The notes: a model not told the origin generated them from the sequence alone. Shown: positions 19,175 to 28,896, numbered from the stretch's first letter. The stretch: DNA of 64,000 nucleotides from Pseudonocardia sp. (GCA_052387455.1 JBQTJE010000084.1:11879-75878); one strand, 5' to 3'. Numbers and translations: made by a program.

Positions 19175-19674
19175 CCCGCCGACGACAGATCGACCTCACC
19201 CTGACACTGGGTAGCTGTCTCCTGTCGTTCGATGCAGGGCGGCGGACGGCGGGCTTCGGTGCGTCGAACATCACTGACGCAGTCGCCGAGGCGGTGCATG
19301 CCTGCGTGGAACTTACCCGGGGTCGTCGCGACGTCAGCTTCATCTGGCGTGCGGAGCCCGAAGGCGTCTTCGTCGACATCCACGCCGGCCACCGGCTGAC
19401 GAACCTCGTCGTGCACGACATGCGCAACCCCGACTGGTCGTTCGACAACTGGTTGCCGGAGCGTGGCGACGTGCTGTTCCGCTTGAGCGCCAAGCACGAC
19501 CGTTTTCTTCTGGAGTTCGCCGAATCCGTCGTTTCTCTTCCCGCGCAGGCTGCGACAGGGCGTCCTCTCTGGGGACTGCCGCTGCCGGAGCACGAGATCG
19601 CCGAGGTCGGCCGCTGGCTCGAGCAGCAGACCGGCGTCGGCTCCGGTGGTTCGGTTGCCGAGGAGTCGTCATGA
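19171..19674 (+). CDS. Hypothetical cytoplasmic protein, possibly immunity-like
   Basis: 167 aa; ATGA-coupled to both neighbours; no signal peptide or transmembrane segment seen. Confidence 0.65.
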   Translation: MTRRRQIDLTLTLGSCLLSFDAGRRTAGFGASNITDAVAEAVHACVELTRGRRDVSFIWRAEPEGVFVDIHAGHRLTNLVVHDMRNPDWSFDNWLPERGDVLFRLSAKHDRFLLEFAESVVSLPAQAATGRPLWGLPLPEHEIAEVGRWLEQQTGVGSGGSVAEESS

Positions 19675-20066
19675 CCAGGTCCTTGCGCGCAGCAGCCGTC
19701 GCACTCGGCATGATCGCGACGATGCTGCTCGGCGCCGGCGTCGCGAACGCTGCCACGTACTCGTTCGCCTGCAAGCCGCCCCAGTTCGTCGGATCCGGAC
19801 CGTGCGGCGGGCCGTTCGTGGTGCGCGCCAACGACATCGTGCGGGTGAACCTCGTATCATCGGGCGGCCACAAGGTGCTCTTCTACGCATACGTGGATGG
19901 CAGCAAGGTCGGTGAGACCGATCTTCTCGATCCGGGCGCAGCCGAAGCGGTGGCGTGGCAGAACAACACCGGGCACGACGTGACCGTGCAGATGTATGCA
20001 AAGACGGCTTACGACGACTACGAGGTCCAGGTGCTCGCCAAGGGCAACTACCGGGTGGAGCCGTGA
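19671..20066 (+). CDS. Secreted beta-rich protein of unknown function
   Basis: Sec signal MTRSLRAAAVALGMIATMLLGAGVANA|ATYSF; two Cys near the mature N-terminus; alternating beta-strand patterns. Confidence 0.8.
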   Translation: MTRSLRAAAVALGMIATMLLGAGVANAATYSFACKPPQFVGSGPCGGPFVVRANDIVRVNLVSSGGHKVLFYAYVDGSKVGETDLLDPGAAEAVAWQNNTGHDVTVQMYAKTAYDDYEVQVLAKGNYRVEP

Positions 20067-20067
20067 C

Positions 20068-20841
20068 GTGCTGACGACGTCACGTCAGCACGCCTGGCGG
20101 GCCGAGCTGCGGCGGGCGCTGTGGTCCTGGCGGTCCGCGCTGCTCGCTGCGGCGTCGGCGCTCTACCTGTCCTCGGAGTTCTTCGATCTACGGCTCGTGT
20201 TCAGCTACACACCGGGGGCACAGGGCGCACTGGCATTCACGCTCAACAACGACCTGCCGGGGATGCCACTGGCGCTGGCCGCGGGCGTGTTCGCCGCATT
20301 CGGGCTCGTCGAGGACTACTCCTACGGTCGCCGGCCCTACGCCCACGTCCGAGCCGGCACGAGCCGTCGCTACCTGCTCGCGCGCGTCCTCGCCCCGGCG
20401 ATCGCCCTCGCTACAGCCGTACTCGTAGGGTGCACCTGCGCGATGGGGTTCGCCTTCCTCCTGCTGCCACCCGGTCCGACCGCGTTGAAGCCGGGCTTCG
20501 GACAACCATGGCCGCTGTTGGACGCCGGGCCGCTGATCGCGGACCTCGCGCTCACCGGGCTGGTCGTCCTGCACACCGCCGCGTTGACCGTGCTCGCCTC
20601 GGTGATCGCCCGGTCGGGCCGGCAGCTCGCGACACTGCTGCTGCCGCCGGCCTTCCTCGTGATCACCGGCGTGCTGGCCCGTGGACCTCTGGAGGTGCTC
20701 GGCCCGGGCGGCCGGGTCTCAGCCGACACGCCCGGCGAACTGGTGGCCAACCTGACCTACTGGGCCGTTCTCGGGGGCCTGGCCCTCGCCGCCAGCCTCG
20801 TCCTCGCCCGCCGTCCCACGCCCGGGAGACCCGATGCCTGA
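20068..20841 (+). CDS. ABC-2-type transporter permease
   Basis: About six hydrophobic segments; adjacent to an ABC ATPase; GTG 1 nt after the upstream stop. Confidence 0.75.
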   Translation: MLTTSRQHAWRAELRRALWSWRSALLAAASALYLSSEFFDLRLVFSYTPGAQGALAFTLNNDLPGMPLALAAGVFAAFGLVEDYSYGRRPYAHVRAGTSRRYLLARVLAPAIALATAVLVGCTCAMGFAFLLLPPGPTALKPGFGQPWPLLDAGPLIADLALTGLVVLHTAALTVLASVIARSGRQLATLLLPPAFLVITGVLARGPLEVLGPGGRVSADTPGELVANLTYWAVLGGLALAASLVLARRPTPGRPDA

Positions 20842-21670
20842 CGCCCTGGTCACCGCGGATGGGCTGAGCAAGCGCTACGGCCACCGCGACGCCGTCCGCG
20901 ACGTGTCGCTGACGGTCGCGCCCGGCGAGGTCGTCGGCCTGATCGGGCCCAACGGGTCCGGCAAGTCCACGCTGATCCACATGCTGGCCGGGCTGGTCAA
21001 ACCGGGCGCCGGCACCATGACGGTCGCCCCGCGGATCGGGCTCGTCCTCGAACATGACGGGCATCTGCCCTACCTCAGCGCGCACCGCAACCTCGCGCTG
21101 CTCGCCGCGCTCGCCGGCGGCACGACCGCGTCGGAGATCGACGACGCGATTCGCCGGGTCGGGCTCGACCCGGCCGACCGCCGCCGGGTCCGCCGCTGGT
21201 CCCAAGGCATGCGGCGACGGCTCACCCTCGCCCAGTCCCTGCTCGACGACCCGCCGCTGCTGCTGCTCGACGAGCCGACCAACTCCCTCGACCCGGCCGG
21301 GGTCGCCGACTTCCGCGACCTCCTGCGCGCGCACACCGCCCGCGGCGGCGGGGTGCTGCTGGCCAGCCACGCCCTCGACGAACTCGCACGGGTCTGCGAC
21401 CGGGTGCTCGCCATGCGCGACGGGCGGGTCGTGCCCGGCCCGGCGAGCGCGGGCCGGCACGTCCGGATCCGGGTGTCCGGGGACATCGCGCTCGCCGCGC
21501 AGGCGCTGCCCGGGTGCGTGCCCGGTGAGCAGCCCGGCGAGTTGGTCGTCGCGGCCGAGGAGCCGGTGCCCGACCTCGTCCGCCGGCTCGTCGAGGCCGG
21601 CGTGAAGTTGGAGATGGTGCTGCCCGACGCCCACGACCTCGAAGCCCGCTACCTCGGCCTGGTGACCTGA
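20834..21670 (+). CDS. ABC transporter ATP-binding protein (exporter type)
   Basis: GPNGSGKST, WSQGMRRR signature variant, LLLLDEPTN and LASH switch. Confidence 0.95.
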   Translation: MPDALVTADGLSKRYGHRDAVRDVSLTVAPGEVVGLIGPNGSGKSTLIHMLAGLVKPGAGTMTVAPRIGLVLEHDGHLPYLSAHRNLALLAALAGGTTASEIDDAIRRVGLDPADRRRVRRWSQGMRRRLTLAQSLLDDPPLLLLDEPTNSLDPAGVADFRDLLRAHTARGGGVLLASHALDELARVCDRVLAMRDGRVVPGPASAGRHVRIRVSGDIALAAQALPGCVPGEQPGELVVAAEEPVPDLVRRLVEAGVKLEMVLPDAHDLEARYLGLVT

Positions 21671-22488
21671 TGGTGGCCTGGGGGCTGCTGCTGGTCGGGA
21701 CGGCGCTGCGCGGCTGGCGGTTGCTGGTCGTCGCGCTCGTGCTCGGCGGGGTGAGCTGGCTCGCGACCAGCAGCATCGTCAACACCGGCACCGGGGCCGG
21801 ATGGTTCCTCGACGTCCCCGCCCACCTGCTGAACCGGCCCAACGCCGTGCTGCTGGCCGTGCTGCCCGGCTTCGTCCTGCTCACCGCGGATCTGGTGCCG
21901 CGGGCGTTGGGGTCGGGTCGCGCCGGGTACGCCGCGACCCGGCTGGGGAGTCGCGGGCGCTGGTGGGCGGGCACCGCGGTCGGCGTCGCGATCCTGGCGG
22001 CGGCGTACACCGCCGCGGTGGTGCTGGCTGCCCTCGCGGCCGGGCTGGTCCGGCTCGGCGTCCGTCCCGGCCCGCAGGAGGTGCGCGCGGCGATGCTCGC
22101 CGAGGTCGGGTTGCCGGCGTGGCTGACCGAGCCGTCGGCCGCCGCGGCCGGTGCGATCCTGCTGCCGCTGTTCGGGGCGCTCGTCGCGCTCGGGCTGCTG
22201 GCCGCGGTCGTGTCGCTCTGGGCGGCGTCGCCCGTGGCGCCGGGCCTGGCCGTCGCCGCGGTGCTGGTCGCGAGCCTGCTCGGGGTGAATCGGATCGGCC
22301 GGCCGCCGGCCCTCGACATCATCGCCGGGGTCAGCCCGATCGCCTACCGCGACGTCGTCCGGCCCGACGGGCTCGTCATCGCCGGCGCCAGCCTGACCCT
22401 GGCCGTCGCAGCCGCGGCGGCGTGGGTCGCCGTGCTTGCCGCGGCCGGGTGGTGGCGGGTGCGGCGCAGCGGCGTCCCGGTGCGCTGA
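21670..22488 (+). CDS. ABC-2-type transporter permease
   Basis: About six transmembrane segments; TGATG overlap with the ATPase stop. Confidence 0.75.
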   Translation: MVAWGLLLVGTALRGWRLLVVALVLGGVSWLATSSIVNTGTGAGWFLDVPAHLLNRPNAVLLAVLPGFVLLTADLVPRALGSGRAGYAATRLGSRGRWWAGTAVGVAILAAAYTAAVVLAALAAGLVRLGVRPGPQEVRAAMLAEVGLPAWLTEPSAAAAGAILLPLFGALVALGLLAAVVSLWAASPVAPGLAVAAVLVASLLGVNRIGRPPALDIIAGVSPIAYRDVVRPDGLVIAGASLTLAVAAAAAWVAVLAAAGWWRVRRSGVPVR

Positions 22489-22643
22489 CCTCCGACGTCG
22501 GCGGGGCCGTCCAACACTCGTCAGCCGTCGCGTCGGGTGCGGCGCGCGGCCGCGCGGCGGGCGACACGGCCGCATCGGACGGCGGCCGGCCCGGTCCGGT
22601 GTCCCGGACGCCGGGATCACCGGATCGGGACCGAACCCGGCCC

Positions 22644-22708
22644 ATGATCATCGATCGGGGACGGCGAGGCGTGATATCCACAGTTCACGGTCCCCCCGAG
22701 ACGATCAA
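22644..22708. repeat. Degenerate palindromic TGATCA..CGGGGACGG element
   Basis: ATGATCATCGATCGGGGACGG followed by an inverted partner CGGTCCCCCCGAGACGATCA; similar to units at 33.2-33.4 kb and 59.8-59.9 kb. Confidence 0.45.
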
Positions 22709-23068
22709 GGCGCGAAAAGTCCGTGGCCGCCGGCCACCGCCTCCGGGCCCTGCTCCGCGTCCCGGTTCCAGGACTGCAAGGAACTACAGGCGGGAATGGA
22801 CGAGCCGCTGCGCCGGCTGGCCGTCACCCCGCGGAGACGCCCCGGGAGCGGGCCTGACGTCGTCGCCGACCGGCGTGACGGCCTCGCCAGCCACCGCCGT
22901 GCGTCCCGAAGCGGCGATCACCGGGGGGTACGGCTCGCGCCGCACCAACGTCCGCGCGCCGCGCCAACCTCCCAGCGCCGCGCCAGCGTCGGGCGGCGGG
23001 CGCGGCGACGGCCGGCGGGCGCGGCGGGGCCGGCGGCGGTCACGGGCTGCCAGCAGTGGAGGCGGGGG

Positions 23069-23539
23069 TCAGGCCGTCAACAGCGTCTTGACGGCGGCGG
23101 CGACGCGCTTGCCGTCCGCCCGGCCCGCGACGGCGGCGGTGGCGCGCTTCATGACCAGCCCCATCTGCCGCGGCCCCGGCCGTTCCCCGGCCTCCGCGGC
23201 CTGGGCCTCGACGGCGTCGCGGGCGATCACCGCCAGCTCGTCGTCGTCGAGCTGGGCGGGCAGGTAGCGGGCGAGGATCTCGCCCTCGGCGCGCTCCTGG
23301 GCGGCGAGCTCCGGGCGGCCGCCCGCGGCGAACGCCTCGGCCGACTCGGCGCGCTTCTTCGCCTCCTTCGTGATCACCGTGAGGATCTCGGCGTCGTCGA
23401 GCTGGCGGGCCTGGGTGCCGGCGACCTCGGCGTTGCCGATGGCCGTCAGCGTCATCCGCAACGTGGCCTTGACCAGCTCGTCGCGCGCCTTCATCGCCGT
23501 GGTGAGGTCGGCGCGCAACTGGTCCTTGAGGGTGCTCAC
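23069..23539 (-). CDS. GatB/YqeY domain protein
   Basis: LKDQLRADLTTAMKARDE, EAKKRAES..F..GGR and MGLVMK motifs. Confidence 0.93.
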   Translation of the reverse strand: MSTLKDQLRADLTTAMKARDELVKATLRMTLTAIGNAEVAGTQARQLDDAEILTVITKEAKKRAESAEAFAAGGRPELAAQERAEGEILARYLPAQLDDDELAVIARDAVEAQAAEAGERPGPRQMGLVMKRATAAVAGRADGKRVAAAVKTLLTA

Positions 23540-23574
23540 GGTCGGCAACGCTAGCCCACACGTACCCTTCCGGG

Positions 23575-24513
23575 ATGGCGAGTTGGGGTCGGCTGGCGGC
23601 GGGCGCCGCGGGGGCGGGGGCGGTGACGGTCGCGTACGCGGCCGGCGTCGAGCGGCTCCGGTGGACGTTGCGGGAGGCCACGCTGCCGGTGCTGGCCCCC
23701 GGCTCGCGACCGTTGCGGCTGCTGCACGTCTCGGACCTGCACATGACGCCGGGGCAGGCGGGCAAGCAGCGCTGGGTCGCCGAGCTGGCCGCGCTCGAAC
23801 CCGACCTCGTCGTCGACACCGGCGACAACCTCGCCCACCCGCGCGCCGTCCCGGCCGTCGTCAAGGCGCTGGGACCGTTGCTGGAGCTGCCCGGCGTGTT
23901 CGTGTTCGGCAGCAACGACTACTTCGGCCCGACCCCGAAGAACCCGCTGCGCTACCTGTGGTCGCGCTCGCGCAGGCCCAGCGGCGTCCCGCTGCCGTGG
24001 CGCGACCTGCGGGCGGCGCTGCTCGAGCGCGGCTGGCACGACGCCACCCACGCCCGCGTGCAGCTCCAGGCGGGCGGGCTGAGCGTCGCCGCCGCCGGTG
24101 TCGACGACCCGCACCTCGGCCTCGACCGCTACGACCGCATCGGCGGCCCGGTGCACGACGCGGACCTTCGGCTGGGCCTGACGCACTCTCCCGAGCCGCG
24201 CGTCCTCGACCGGTTCGCCGCCGACGGCTACGACCTCGTCCTCGCCGGGCACACCCACGGCGGCCAGGTCCGCGTCCCGCTCGTCGGCGCGCTGACCACG
24301 AACTGCGGCATCGACCGCTCCCGCGCCCGCGGCGCGTCACGCTGGGGCGCCGGCACCCGCCTGCACGTCTCGGCCGGGCTCGGCACCTCCCCGTGGGCGC
24401 CGGTCCGCTTCGCCTGCCCGCCCGAGGCGAGCCTGCTCACCCTCGTGCCGCGCCCGGTGGCACGCGGCCGGCACCGCGCCACCCCGGCGTCGGAGGTCGC
24501 GGACGTCGGGTAG
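23575..24513 (+). CDS. Metallophosphoesterase (Rv3683-like, calcineurin-like)
   Basis: HVSDLH, TGDN, GSNDY, THSPE and AGHTHGGQ. Confidence 0.93.
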   Translation: MASWGRLAAGAAGAGAVTVAYAAGVERLRWTLREATLPVLAPGSRPLRLLHVSDLHMTPGQAGKQRWVAELAALEPDLVVDTGDNLAHPRAVPAVVKALGPLLELPGVFVFGSNDYFGPTPKNPLRYLWSRSRRPSGVPLPWRDLRAALLERGWHDATHARVQLQAGGLSVAAAGVDDPHLGLDRYDRIGGPVHDADLRLGLTHSPEPRVLDRFAADGYDLVLAGHTHGGQVRVPLVGALTTNCGIDRSRARGASRWGAGTRLHVSAGLGTSPWAPVRFACPPEASLLTLVPRPVARGRHRATPASEVADVG

Positions 24514-24537
24514 GCTTCCGCTCGGCCTTCGGGCCAT

Positions 24538-24612
<75 letters not shown>

Positions 24613-24879
24613 ATATGAACGGCCTGGTCAGAGGCTCCTTCCGGAGATCTGGACCAGGCCGTTCGGCGTTGGGGCCCGGACGCACGCGGCAAAGGTCGCC
24701 GTCGAGGTCCCGTGAGCAGGTCGGCGCGTCCTCAGTATCGGCACTGAGCACGGCTGCGTGCCACGTCCGCACGGTTGCCGTGCGCACCCGGATGTCGCAG
24801 GCCGCGGCGCTTCGTAGCGTTCCCGGCGCCGGCCAGATGTCTCGCCGGCGCGGGTCTGACGGGACAGCGAGGAGCAGCC

Positions 24880-25524
24880 ATGTTCACAAGACCAGCCACG
24901 CGCGACGGGTTGGCGCGTACCGCCGGGATCGTGTGTCTCGTCGGAGGCCTGCTCGGGGCGATCGTCGACGTGTGCACGCTCCTGACCGGGCCCACCGAGG
25001 TGAGCCTGGGCCGGAACCTGGGCTACGTCCTGTTCCAGGTCATGCTGATCATCGGGCTCGCGGGGTTGGCCCTGCTCGGCGCCACCGGGTCCGCGTGGTG
25101 GGGTCGGGTCGGGATCGGCGTCGCGATCCTGAGCTACGTCGTGCTGATCGGCGGGGAGCTCATCGAGCCGTTCGACCCGGCGACCGCCGCGGTGATCTTC
25201 GAGCTCGTCCCGCTCGCGTTCGGGCTCGGCATGCTGCTCGCGGGCATCGCGGTGCTGCGCGCGCGCCGGTGGTCCGGGTGGCGACGGTTCGTCCCCGTCG
25301 CGATCGGGGCCTACGTCTTCGTGGTCTTCCTGCCGGTGGTGATCGCGACCGGCAGCGAGGCCGGGTTCTGGGTTGCCGTCACCGGGTTGGACCTGCTGTT
25401 CGCCGCGCTCGGGCTCGCGGTCGTCCGGGAGGCATCCACAGCGGTCGGGTCCAGCGCCCGATCCCGTCGAATCAGTGCAAGCAACGAGGAAGGAAGACCA
25501 TGGAACACCCCAACGCGACCCTGA
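24880..25524 (+). CDS. Hypothetical multi-pass membrane protein
   Basis: Six hydrophobic helices; GAGGAG RBS before ATG 24880. Confidence 0.75.
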   Translation: MFTRPATRDGLARTAGIVCLVGGLLGAIVDVCTLLTGPTEVSLGRNLGYVLFQVMLIIGLAGLALLGATGSAWWGRVGIGVAILSYVVLIGGELIEPFDPATAAVIFELVPLAFGLGMLLAGIAVLRARRWSGWRRFVPVAIGAYVFVVFLPVVIATGSEAGFWVAVTGLDLLFAALGLAVVREASTAVGSSARSRRISASNEEGRPWNTPTRP

Positions 25525-25889
25525 TGCGCAAGGTTGACGAGGCCCTCCTCGGCGGCGACTTCCCCGGTTTCCTCGCGCTGCACACCGAGGACGTGGTCAT
25601 GCACGTTCCCGGGACCAGCGTCCTGGCAGGCGACCACGTCGGGAGAGCCGGGCTGGCAGCGGTGTTCCAGCAGGAGATGTCGATGCTGGACGGACCGCCG
25701 GAGATCGTGCCGCTGGACGACCTCGGTAGTGACGAACACGCGGGCGCGGTCCTCGTCCAGCGGATGCGGCGCGGCGGCCGCGAGTACGAAGGACTGCAGA
25801 TCATCATCGCCCGGGTGCGCGAGGGACAGCTCGCGGAGGTCTGGTTCCGGCCACAGGATCAGGCGGCCTTCGACAGCTTCTTCTCGTAA
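25500..25889 (+). CDS. SnoaL/NTF2-like protein
   Basis: GDFPGFLALHTEDVVMHVPG..LAGDHVGRAG and EVWFRPQDQAAFDSFFS are typical of this family. Confidence 0.85.
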   Translation: MEHPNATLMRKVDEALLGGDFPGFLALHTEDVVMHVPGTSVLAGDHVGRAGLAAVFQQEMSMLDGPPEIVPLDDLGSDEHAGAVLVQRMRRGGREYEGLQIIIARVREGQLAEVWFRPQDQAAFDSFFS

Positions 25890-26077
25890 GGCCTCTCGAA
25901 CCGCGGTTCACCCGGTCCCGCTACGACGAGGCGGACGAGCTGTTGTCCTACCGCGCCCCGCTGGTCAACGTCGTGGTCGGGGCGGCGCGTTCCACGTCAC
26001 CGCGATCCCACCGCCGCAGCTCACGCGCGTTCCGCGGAACGCGGGGCGCGGGCCTGGCGGGCGGCACCGAGGTCGGG

Positions 26078-26404
26078 TCAGCGCGACGCGCGGTCCGCGA
26101 TGTCGCGGTGGGCCCGGGCGAGCTGGTCGCATCGTGGGCTGCCGGTGTGGCCGGAGTCCTCGACGACCACCAGCTCGGCGCCGGCCCAGGCGTCCGCGAG
26201 GAGCCAGGCGGTGTCGAGGGGCGCGGCGAGGTCGAGCCGCCCGTGGACGAGGACGGCGGGGACGCCGGCGAGGCGCCCGGCGTCGCGCAGGAGCTGCCCG
26301 TCGTCGAGCCAGGCGGCGTTCGAGAAGTAGTGCGCGCAGATGCGCACGAACGCCAGCCGGTCGCGGGGTGGGCGGTGGGGATGCCGCCCGGGCTCCCGCA
26401 GCAC
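26078..26404 (-). pseudogene. pip: C-terminal remnant of proline iminopeptidase
   Basis: AFVRICAHYFSNAAWLDDGQLLRDAGRLAGVPAVLVHGRLD...SGH retains the Asp/His region; the N-terminal two-thirds with the nucleophile Ser is absent. Confidence 0.75.
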
Positions 26405-26448
26405 TCCCAGTAGACGCGGTGACCGTCGCCGACGTGGAGCAGGCGCGT

Positions 26449-26940
26449 TCAGTCCTTACGCGCCACCCGCTCGGCCTCCCCCGGCCGCCACACCGTGACG
26501 TCCATGTGCCCGCCGCCCACCTCCACCGCGGACGCGCCGGTGATGTCGGCGGCGTAGAAGGGCGTGAACACCTGGCCGCGCAGGTCGAAGCCGGTCTGCT
26601 CGAACAGGTCGACGGCGAACCGCTCGTGCAGTGCCGGGTCCTGCACGTCGCGCACGAGGCCGAACAGCTTGACGTCGCCGTCGCTCACCTGCGTGTCGAC
26701 GGTGGCGGTGTGCAGGCAGAACCGCGGGTCACGGGCGAGGTCGTCGAACTTGCGGGTGCGGGGCATCCCGACCAGCACGAGCTCGCCCTCGAAGACCCGC
26801 GGTTCCATCGGCGAGATCCGCGGCGACCCGTCGGCCCGCAGCGTGGCGAGCATGCAGAGGTTGCCGGTGGCGGCGTGGCGGCGGGTGAAGATCGTGGCGA
26901 TGGACGGGGCGGCGGCGGCGAACTCGGTCCAGGTGGCCAT
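26449..26940 (-). CDS. Pyridoxamine 5'-phosphate oxidase-like (PPOX/FDOR) protein, possibly F420-binding
   Basis: MLATLRADGSPRISPME..K..DLARDPRFCLH. Confidence 0.85.
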   Translation of the reverse strand: MATWTEFAAAAPSIATIFTRRHAATGNLCMLATLRADGSPRISPMEPRVFEGELVLVGMPRTRKFDDLARDPRFCLHTATVDTQVSDGDVKLFGLVRDVQDPALHERFAVDLFEQTGFDLRGQVFTPFYAADITGASAVEVGGGHMDVTVWRPGEAERVARKD

Positions 26941-26984
26941 GGCCGCCACGCTAGCGCCGGGGTCCGACAGGTACGGTCCGCGAC

Positions 26985-27836
26985 GTGTACGCGGGGTTCG
27001 AGCGGTTCACCGTCGACGTCGGCGACGCGCGGATCGCCGCGGTCCGCGGCGGGCAGGGTCCACCGTTGCTGCTGCTGCACGGCTTCCCGCAGACCAAGGC
27101 GATGTGGCACGAGGTCGCGCCCGAGCTGGCGCGCACGCACACCGTCGTGGCCGCCGACCTGCGCGGCTACGGGGACTCGTCACGGCCCGGCGACTACAGC
27201 TTCCGCGCCATGGCCGCCGACCAGGTGGCGCTGATGCGCGGGCTCGGGTTCGAGCGCTTCGCCGTCGTCGGTCACGACCGCGGCGCCCGCACCGCGCACC
27301 GGATGGCGCTCGACCATCCCGGCGCCGTCGAGCGCGTCGCCGTCCTCGACATCCTGCCGACGCTGCACGTCTACTCGACCGTCGACCGTCGGGTGGCGAC
27401 GGCGTACTACCACTGGTTCTTCTTCATCCAGCCCGAGCCGCTGCCCGAGACGTTGATCGGCGCCGATCCCGGCTTCTACCTGCGCACGCTGCTCGGCGGC
27501 TGGGGCAGCGGGCTCGACGCGTTCGCCCCGGAGGCGCTGGCCGACTACGAGCGCTGCTTCGCCGACGCCGACGCCCGCCACGCGATGATGGAGGACTACC
27601 GGGCGGGCGCGTCGGTCGACCTGGAACACGATCGGGCCGACCTCGCGACGCCGGTCGCGGCCCCGATGCTGGTGCTGTGGGGGGCGCGCAGCATCGTCGG
27701 CGGGTCGGGGGACGTGCTCGGGATCTGGCGGGAGCGGGCCGCGGACGTGCGGGGCCAGGCCGTCGACGCCGGGCATTTCCTCGTCGAGGAACGCCCCGCC
27801 GAGACCGTCGCCGCGCTGGCGGCGTTTCTCGGCTGA
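26985..27836 (+). CDS. Alpha/beta hydrolase, haloacetate/fluoroacetate dehalogenase-like
   Basis: LLHGFPQT, GHDRGAR (Asp nucleophile, DR motif), YYHWFF and GHFLVEE. Confidence 0.88.
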   Translation: MYAGFERFTVDVGDARIAAVRGGQGPPLLLLHGFPQTKAMWHEVAPELARTHTVVAADLRGYGDSSRPGDYSFRAMAADQVALMRGLGFERFAVVGHDRGARTAHRMALDHPGAVERVAVLDILPTLHVYSTVDRRVATAYYHWFFFIQPEPLPETLIGADPGFYLRTLLGGWGSGLDAFAPEALADYERCFADADARHAMMEDYRAGASVDLEHDRADLATPVAAPMLVLWGARSIVGGSGDVLGIWRERAADVRGQAVDAGHFLVEERPAETVAALAAFLG

Positions 27837-27887
27837 GCGACGCCGCGCGGCTGAGCGGCCGCGCGCCCGGCTGAGCGGCGTCGCGCC
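27836..27887. repeat. Three degenerate ~19-bp CGGCTGAGCG units forming a hairpin
   Basis: CTGAGCGACGCCGCG / CTGAGCGGCCGCGCG / CTGAGCGGCGTCGCG; GCGACGCCGC pairs with GCGGCGTCGC. Confidence 0.5.
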
Positions 27888-27959
27888 AACTGGTTCGCGC
27901 GGCGCCCACGGCGGGACGGTGGCGCGGCGCGACCCGGTGGGCGCGGGCCGCCCGTTTGC

Positions 27960-27983
27960 ACATATGCGCAGATACGCATATGT
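27960..27983. promoter_or_regulatory. Palindromic operator upstream of the CDF gene (ArsR/SmtB-type candidate)
   Basis: ACATATGCG-CAGATA-CGCATATGT, a perfect 9-6-9 AT-rich inverted repeat 7 nt before the ATG. Confidence 0.7.
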
Positions 27984-27990
27984 TGTGCCG

Positions 27991-28896
27991 ATGGGAGCGG
28001 GACACGGGCACGGACACAGCGCCTCGGCACGCCACGTCCGCCGTCTGACGATCTCGCTGGGCGTCCTCGCGGTGTTCCTCGTGCTCGAGGTGGTCGTCGG
28101 GCTCGCGACGTCGTCGCTGGCGCTGCTCTCGGACGCCGGGCACATGTTCACCGACGTCCTCGGGGTCGCGATGGCGCTCGCCGCGATCACCGCCGCCCGT
28201 GCCGCCGCCACCTGCGACAAGCGCACGTTCGGCCTCTACCGCGCCGAAGTGCTCGCCGCGCTGGCCAACGCGGTGCTGCTGTTCGGCGTGGCCGGCTGGG
28301 TGCTCGTCGAAGCGGTCGGGCGCTTCGCCGACCCGCCCGCCGTCCCCGGCCTGCCGCTGATGCTCACCGCCGCCGCCGGGCTCGCCGCCAACCTCGTCGT
28401 GTTCGCGCTGCTGCGCGACGGCGCCAAGGAGAGCCTCAACGTCCGCGGCGCCTACCTGGAGGTGCTCGCCGACACCCTCGGTTCCGTCGGCGTGCTGCTG
28501 GCGGGTGCCGTCACGCTCGCGTTCGGGTGGCGCTACGCCGACCCGCTCGTCGCCGTCGCGATCGGGCTGTGGGTGCTGCCGCGGACGTGGTCGCTGGCCC
28601 GCCAGGCCGTCCGGATCCTCGTGCAGGCCGCGCCCGCACACGTCGACGTCGGGGCGGTGCGGGCCGAGCTCGGCGCCCTCGACGGCGTCCACGACGTGCA
28701 CGACCTGCACGTCTGGACGCTCACCTCGGGCATGGAGGTCGGCTCGGCGCACCTGCGCATCGACGAGGGCATCGATCCGGCGACGGTGCTGTCCGCGGCC
28801 CGCACGCTGCTCGCCGAGCGCCACCACCTGCCCCACTTCACCGTGCAGCTGGAACCCCCGACCGCCCGAACAAGCTGCGCCGACCTGACGTGGTGA
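27991..28896 (+). CDS. czcD: Cation diffusion facilitator (CzcD-like Zn/Co/Cd exporter)
   Basis: MGAGHGHGH, SLALLSDAGHMFTD, YLEVLADTLGS, VHDVHDLHVW and HFTVQLE. Confidence 0.93.
   Translation: MGAGHGHGHSASARHVRRLTISLGVLAVFLVLEVVVGLATSSLALLSDAGHMFTDVLGVAMALAAITAARAAATCDKRTFGLYRAEVLAALANAVLLFGVAGWVLVEAVGRFADPPAVPGLPLMLTAAAGLAANLVVFALLRDGAKESLNVRGAYLEVLADTLGSVGVLLAGAVTLAFGWRYADPLVAVAIGLWVLPRTWSLARQAVRILVQAAPAHVDVGAVRAELGALDGVHDVHDLHVWTLTSGMEVGSAHLRIDEGIDPATVLSAARTLLAERHHLPHFTVQLEPPTARTSCADLTW

Noticed and set aside
22489-23068. Hidden gene or ponA2 remnant in the 580-bp gap
   Set aside because: No frame gives recognisable motifs or a convincing start/RBS.
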